From an uncultured archaeon (lineage in GTDB: Archaea > Asgardarchaeota > Lokiarchaeia > Sigyniarchaeales > SOKP01): a DNA stretch of 55,180 bases. The notes below the pieces were generated by a model. It was given only the letters and a program-made list of their open reading frames with translations. It had not been told where the DNA came from and ran no database searches. Shown here piece after piece: positions 50,076 to 55,180 of this stretch (the stretch's first letter is position 1; each line of letters starts with the position of its first letter). The stretch lies in the NCBI GenBank assembly GCA_964493385.1, contig CAZBNW010000002.1:19793-74972 (forward strand), read 5' to 3'. The position numbers and the translations under genes were made by a program.

Positions 50076-51032
50076 ATGAATAGTTCTAAAGAACTCAAAA
50101 AAATACTTTTCTGTGGTTTAGAAAGTGGCGGAAAAACATCAATCCTATTATTATTAGATAAAAAATTTAGCCTATTACCTACAGTTAAACCAACTATAAA
50201 AGCAAAAAGAACCTTTTATACAAACTCATTATTGGGAATTTCAATTGTCCGTTGGGATTTAGGTGGTCAAAAAAGTTATAGAAAAATATATTTAGGTGAA
50301 AAAAGCAAATATTTTACCGAAACGCAATCGATTTTTTATGTTATAGATATACAAGCACCCGAAAAATTTGAAGAAGCATTAATTTTTCTTAAAGATATTA
50401 TAAATATCACCTCAGAATCGCATCCCGATAATTTTCAGTTCTTAATCTTATTACATAAATACGATCCTGATATTAAAAATAATAAAAACATAATAAATAA
50501 TGTAAATTACTTTGAAAATGAAATCTCATCAATCATTAAAGATGTCAAATTTTCTATATTTAAAACTTCAATATATGATGAACCAAGCTTATTGAAGGCT
50601 TTCTCTGATGGTGTTTTTTACGCCACTCACAAATCTAAAATGTTTCAAACCTTATTGAAAGATTATATGGGTAAAACTTACAGTAGTTCTACACTTCTTT
50701 TAGATCAGAATGGCTTTATTGTTGCTAGTAGAAGCACAAATGAGGCTTATCAAAAAGTATGTGAAGCTATTGCTCCAAGGTTAACAAAAGCATTAGAGAA
50801 ATTAGAGGAATGGGATATAAATACAATTGATATTGTAACAAACGTAGAATTCCCAGAGAAACAATCAGAATTTCAAAAAGAAGGAATTATTTTTCTTAGA
50901 AAATTAGATATAGGTGATACCAGACTTTATTTGGTTGCGCTCTGTTTAAATAAGAAAGTAAAAATTAAGTCTTATGAATACTTACCATTATTAGCTGATA
51001 ATTTAAAAAATTTATTAGAAAGTTTTGATTAA
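50076..51032 (+). CDS. Small GTPase (Arf/Rag-like) with a C-terminal roadblock/longin-like domain
   Basis: G1 GLESGGKT, G2 PT, G3 WDLGGQ, G4 HKYD, G5 KTSI; C-terminal TLLLDQNGFIVAS. Confidence 0.85.
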   Translation: MNSSKELKKILFCGLESGGKTSILLLLDKKFSLLPTVKPTIKAKRTFYTNSLLGISIVRWDLGGQKSYRKIYLGEKSKYFTETQSIFYVIDIQAPEKFEEALIFLKDIINITSESHPDNFQFLILLHKYDPDIKNNKNIINNVNYFENEISSIIKDVKFSIFKTSIYDEPSLLKAFSDGVFYATHKSKMFQTLLKDYMGKTYSSSTLLLDQNGFIVASRSTNEAYQKVCEAIAPRLTKALEKLEEWDINTIDIVTNVEFPEKQSEFQKEGIIFLRKLDIGDTRLYLVALCLNKKVKIKSYEYLPLLADNLKNLLESFD

Positions 51033-51248
51033 CCTTTAACTATAAATTGAAATTCTTCTTTAATTTCGTTAATTTCAATTTGGAGTAATTTCCATATAAT
51101 ATTGCCCAAAAACTCTCATTACTTTTATGAATTAGAATTTACCAACAATATCTCACCAATATATAATTTACTTTTACTTTCAGTGACCCCTCTGGGGGTG
51201 GGGTTTAAATACTCATGTCCAAAATCAATTAAAATAAAGGTTATAAAA

Positions 51249-52439
51249 ATGACTATGAAATCCAATCTTAATAGAATTTTTATAGGACCGAAAGCTTTAT
51301 TTGACCCAAATTATATCCCACCACATTTGTTGTATCGAAAAAACGAAGAAAAATCTTTATTCTCAATCTTAAATGATTCTGTTTCTGATAAGTTTTGTCT
51401 TAATATTTTATATCAAGGTGTTAGCGGTATTGGGAAAAAGGTAATAGTAAATAAAGTAATTAATGATCTTTTAATTCAAAATAAAGATTACATTAAAATT
51501 AATAAAGTTAGTGTGGATTGCAAAGAAAAAAAGCTTGAAGAACTAATATTTTCGTTATTAAATGAACTAAATAGTTTTTCTAATCTTAACTTTGATCTTC
51601 GATCAATCTTAAATTCAGATATTCACCATTTATGGAATACTTTTAAATTTATTTGTAATAAAGTCAATTCTCATCTATTTTTTATATTTAATAATATCGA
51701 ATATTTAGAGCCTGAAATATTCCACAAATTCTTACAATTTAGTAAGGAAACCAATATAACTCTAATATCGACAGTAAATAAAACTTTAAGACAAGGAAAA
51801 ATGGATTTACTTTCCGAATTTGATTTCAAAAACAGATTAAATTTTTTCACTTATCATGAGCTTTATTCTATTCTTAAACAAAGAGTTTTATTGAGTTTTT
51901 CACATGAAATTGATAAAGACTTAATTAGATATATAACAGATTTAATTTGTGAGCAATATGTCCCTGTTCCTGGAAAAGGAATTGAAATCCTTCGAGATAT
52001 ATATCCATTATTAAAAAATAATAAAGGTTTTTGCAATTTTGAGTTGTTAGAGATTTGCCAGGAAGAATTTGATACATCTCAAATTTCTGATGAATTTAAT
52101 ATAATAAATTATCTTTCTGAAGAAGATATATTAACTGTTATATTCTTGGACAATCTTTCGAATTATTTTATAAGTAAAGTAAATTATTATGTCTCTTTAA
52201 ATGAATTACAAGAATTGTATGAACTTTCTTGTGAATCATTAGAGTTTACAAAAAGTATTAGTGAATTTCGCAAAATAATCGAAGAAATGTTAAATATAGG
52301 GCTTATAAGACCCTCAAAAAGGACATCTTGTAAAAATAATACTTATGAGAGTTTTAATAATGTAAATTGTGATTTTTTCTTTATATTGTTAAATCCTAAA
52401 CAAATAAAGGTTATAATTGATACAATTTTTAACCAATGA
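51249..52439 (+). CDS. Cdc6/Orc1-like AAA+ protein with degenerate Walker motifs
   Basis: ALFDPNYIPPHLLYRKNE, YQGVSGIGKK, VSVDC, FIFNNIEYL and ELYSILKQRV; likely start is ATG 51249 (the track starts at 51102). Confidence 0.85.
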   Translation: MTMKSNLNRIFIGPKALFDPNYIPPHLLYRKNEEKSLFSILNDSVSDKFCLNILYQGVSGIGKKVIVNKVINDLLIQNKDYIKINKVSVDCKEKKLEELIFSLLNELNSFSNLNFDLRSILNSDIHHLWNTFKFICNKVNSHLFFIFNNIEYLEPEIFHKFLQFSKETNITLISTVNKTLRQGKMDLLSEFDFKNRLNFFTYHELYSILKQRVLLSFSHEIDKDLIRYITDLICEQYVPVPGKGIEILRDIYPLLKNNKGFCNFELLEICQEEFDTSQISDEFNIINYLSEEDILTVIFLDNLSNYFISKVNYYVSLNELQELYELSCESLEFTKSISEFRKIIEEMLNIGLIRPSKRTSCKNNTYESFNNVNCDFFFILLNPKQIKVIIDTIFNQ

Positions 52440-52612
52440 TAAAAACATTTAAAATTAAATCTGATTTTTTTAAAATTTCAGTAGAAATAATTAATTAGAA
52501 ATGATTTCGAAAATCGGAAAATGTAAATCAGATTTTTTTTATATGGAATATTATATATTTATAGGTGTAATCACACTATTTTTTTAATAATAAATAGATA
52601 TGGAGATAAATT

Positions 52613-55180
52613 TTGACTCATATTAAAAAAATTTCCATGAGTGGATTTAAATCATTTGGAGATCGAACAGTAACAATTAGACTTTCTAGCGGATTTACGT
52701 GCATAGTAGGACCTAATGGTGCCGGAAAATCGAACATTATAGATGCCCTTTGTTTTGCGTTAGGTCGATTAAGTAAGAAAACTATGAGAGCAAAAAGTCT
52801 GGAAGATCTCATCTTTGCTGGTTCACGAGGAAAAAATCCCTCCCAAAGAGCTTCAGTAACATTATATTTTGATAATTCTGAAAATCTTTTTCCAGGAGGC
52901 ACGGATACTTTTGAAATTACACGTACAATCAAAAAGGGTGGGGGAGGTGGATATAAAATGAATGCAAGAAAAGCTACCCGCCAACAAATACTTAATGCAT
53001 TAGCTGCAGCAAACGTAGATCCAGATGGAAGTAATCAGTTTGTCCTTCAGGGAAAAATTGTTGAATTGACTCACATGAATGCTGAAGATCGAAGAAATTT
53101 TATTGAGGAATTAATTGGCCTTCAAAAGTATGATGAAATGAAAGATGCTACATTAAAAGAGTTAGAAAAAGCAGAAAGAGACTTAGGGCAATTTGAAGCA
53201 ATCTTCAAGGAAGTTTCTGCTCAATTGAAAAAAGTTGAAAAAGAGAAAAATGACGCATTAGCATGGAGGGAATTGGATGAACAAATAAATTTTTTGAATT
53301 CACAGCTGATTGCATTAAAAATCTCAAAATTACGAGAAGAAGAAGATGAATTGGAAAGGAAAATTGAAAATTCTTTAAAAATCATTGAAGAATTGCAAGA
53401 AAAAATAAAACGACAAGAAGATATTTTAAACCAAGAATCAATTGTTATGGATAATATTCAAAAAACCATTACTGAGAAAGAAAAGGAAAGAGAGGCAATA
53501 ACTGAAAATATTACTCAGATAAAGACACAAATATCTTCAAGTCAAACTACATTAGACTTAGCAAAAAAATCAATCGAAAAATTGACTAAAGAAATTGAAA
53601 CTTTAGAAAGTAAACAAATGAAACTTGAAGAGGAACAAACATTTGATTCATTAATAGAAAGTGTATCAAATGTAATTTTGGAAAACGAGAATCATATTGA
53701 AGAAGCTAAGAAAGAAATTGAAAAAAGACAACAAAACCAAGCTCAACTAGACGCTAAAATTAATAATACCGAAGATGAAAAATCTCTTTTTAAAGCAGAA
53801 ATTTCCAAAATACAACAAAGTATTTCATCTAATAACGCTCAAATTAAGATGCTTAGAGGAAATATAAAAAAAAATGAAGAAAAGAAGGAAAAATTAGAAA
53901 ATGAGTTACAAAAATTAAAGAGAGACGCTGAAAGCATCGATGAAGCCATAGCAGCAACTAAAAAGGAAGAATCGGAAATTAGAAAACGAATAAATAGCTT
54001 GAATGTCAAAATATCTAAAGAAAATCATAACCAAAAAGAATTAGAAAATAATATAAATGAAATTCAAGCAGAAAAAAATCAATTAAATTCAAAGCTTACA
54101 GATCTTCAAGCTTCTTTATCATCATTAAACACAGAAATTAAGATGAATCAAGGCAATATACAAAAACTTAATGAAAAGAAAATTTCTATTGAGAAAAAGA
54201 TTGCGGATTTAAGTAAAGGAAGAGACGCTGAAAAAGCTGTAAAAGAATTACTGAAAGAATATGAGAATATTAAAAAAGATTTAAGTGATTTAAGGGTAAA
54301 ATCTACGCAAGAAAATTCAAATTATAGGAAAAATGAGCAAGATCTAGAATTGATGAAAATGAAGAAGTATTCCTATGAATCTGAAATTAATGATAACAAT
54401 GCAAAAATTGATAACATAAATACAGAACTGAAAATCATTACAAGAGAACTAACTAAATTAGATCGAGAGAAAAATAATTCAGAATTACAAGCTAATACCT
54501 TAAATAAAAATCTTACAAATATCACAAGTGAATTAGAAAAACTTGAATACAAAAAAGAAAATGTTCAAAGGCGGTTAGAAGACCTTTCACAAGAAAAAGA
54601 AAGTCTCACTAAAAAGATAGAGTCTTCTGAAGAAGAATATGAGAAGAACACGAAAGATATAACAGGAATTCTCCAAATTTTGAATATGCTTACCCAGAAT
54701 ATTAACATCTCAGTTGAATCTATTAAAAGTAATATTCAGCAATCAAACGCAGAAGCTATAGAATCATCTGCTGAGGATTTCAAAAAGTTTATTCTAGATA
54801 TCATTGATATTATGAAAACAGTTGAGGGCATTGGGGTTGATGAAGAAAAACATGCTGAAATGACAGAAATGATTAGCTCTATTATGCAAACTTTAAAGAT
54901 GTTTACAGATAACGCCGATGATACAATTATTCAATTAATTGATAAAGTAAAAGAGTCCGCTGATGTTGAGGTACAAACTTCAACATCTACATTTGATAGT
55001 TTTGTTCAAGACCTAATGGAAATTCTTGAAAATGTATATCTCTCTTTAAGAAAATTAACTATGTCTAAAAGCCAAGAATTATACAAACAATTGGAAGAGA
55101 TCTCAGAAAGCATAAAATATCAAACTGATGATTTTAACAGAATTGAGAAACAATTAACCGAAAGTTATATTCAAGAAAAA
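52613..55180 (+). CDS. smc: Chromosome segregation protein SMC (partial, runs off the window)
   Basis: TTG after GGAG. MTHIKKISMSGFKSFG...IVGPNGAGKSNIIDAL...MRAKSLEDLIFAG...FVLQGKI, then a long coiled coil. Absent from the track because there is no stop codon. Confidence 0.95.
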   Translation, partial: MTHIKKISMSGFKSFGDRTVTIRLSSGFTCIVGPNGAGKSNIIDALCFALGRLSKKTMRAKSLEDLIFAGSRGKNPSQRASVTLYFDNSENLFPGGTDTFEITRTIKKGGGGGYKMNARKATRQQILNALAAANVDPDGSNQFVLQGKIVELTHMNAEDRRNFIEELIGLQKYDEMKDATLKELEKAERDLGQFEAIFKEVSAQLKKVEKEKNDALAWRELDEQINFLNSQLIALKISKLREEEDELERKIENSLKIIEELQEKIKRQEDILNQESIVMDNIQKTITEKEKEREAITENITQIKTQISSSQTTLDLAKKSIEKLTKEIETLESKQMKLEEEQTFDSLIESVSNVILENENHIEEAKKEIEKRQQNQAQLDAKINNTEDEKSLFKAEISKIQQSISSNNAQIKMLRGNIKKNEEKKEKLENELQKLKRDAESIDEAIAATKKEESEIRKRINSLNVKISKENHNQKELENNINEIQAEKNQLNSKLTDLQASLSSLNTEIKMNQGNIQKLNEKKISIEKKIADLSKGRDAEKAVKELLKEYENIKKDLSDLRVKSTQENSNYRKNEQDLELMKMKKYSYESEINDNNAKIDNINTELKIITRELTKLDREKNNSELQANTLNKNLTNITSELEKLEYKKENVQRRLEDLSQEKESLTKKIESSEEEYEKNTKDITGILQILNMLTQNINISVESIKSNIQQSNAEAIESSAEDFKKFILDIIDIMKTVEGIGVDEEKHAEMTEMISSIMQTLKMFTDNADDTIIQLIDKVKESADVEVQTSTSTFDSFVQDLMEILENVYLSLRKLTMSKSQELYKQLEEISESIKYQTDDFNRIEKQLTESYIQEK

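Noticed and set aside
52618-52932. 104-aa minus-strand ORF in the track
   Set aside because: It is the antisense shadow of the SMC head domain.

Overview
Very AT-rich archaeal chromosomal segment, most likely from an Asgard archaeon (Lokiarchaeia-like). This rests on class I LysRS, ABCE1, TFB, archaeosine TGT, Rpp30/Pop5, eL15 and aRqc2, plus eukaryotic-signature proteins: a roadblock protein, a longin/uDENN-like protein, a Rag-like GTPase and an EMC6-like protein. It holds about 50 CDS, tRNA-Ile(GAT), tRNA-Arg(TCT), a probable C/D-box sRNA and an SMC gene running off the right edge. Two unannotated systems stand out. (1) At 37.5-42.4 kb, an MFS transporter, an MccB-sized ThiF adenylyltransferase (split by a 1-nt frameshift) and a B12-dependent radical SAM enzyme are interleaved with three copies of a ~63-81 bp repeat. 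Each copy reads on the minus strand as TATA box, 9-codon ORF MPYSGEIGG*, then hairpin/T-tract, suggesting a microcin-C-like RiPP system with a di-glycine precursor. (2) A 16-aa leader ORF with four Trp codons, overlapped by alternative hairpins, lies upstream of trpB2, suggesting ribosome-mediated Trp attenuation in an archaeon. Other oddities include an SMC with no recognisable hinge in its first 856 aa, an orphan Flp-type pilin and several catalytically degenerate enzymes. All calls come from motif recognition by eye; no database searches were run.
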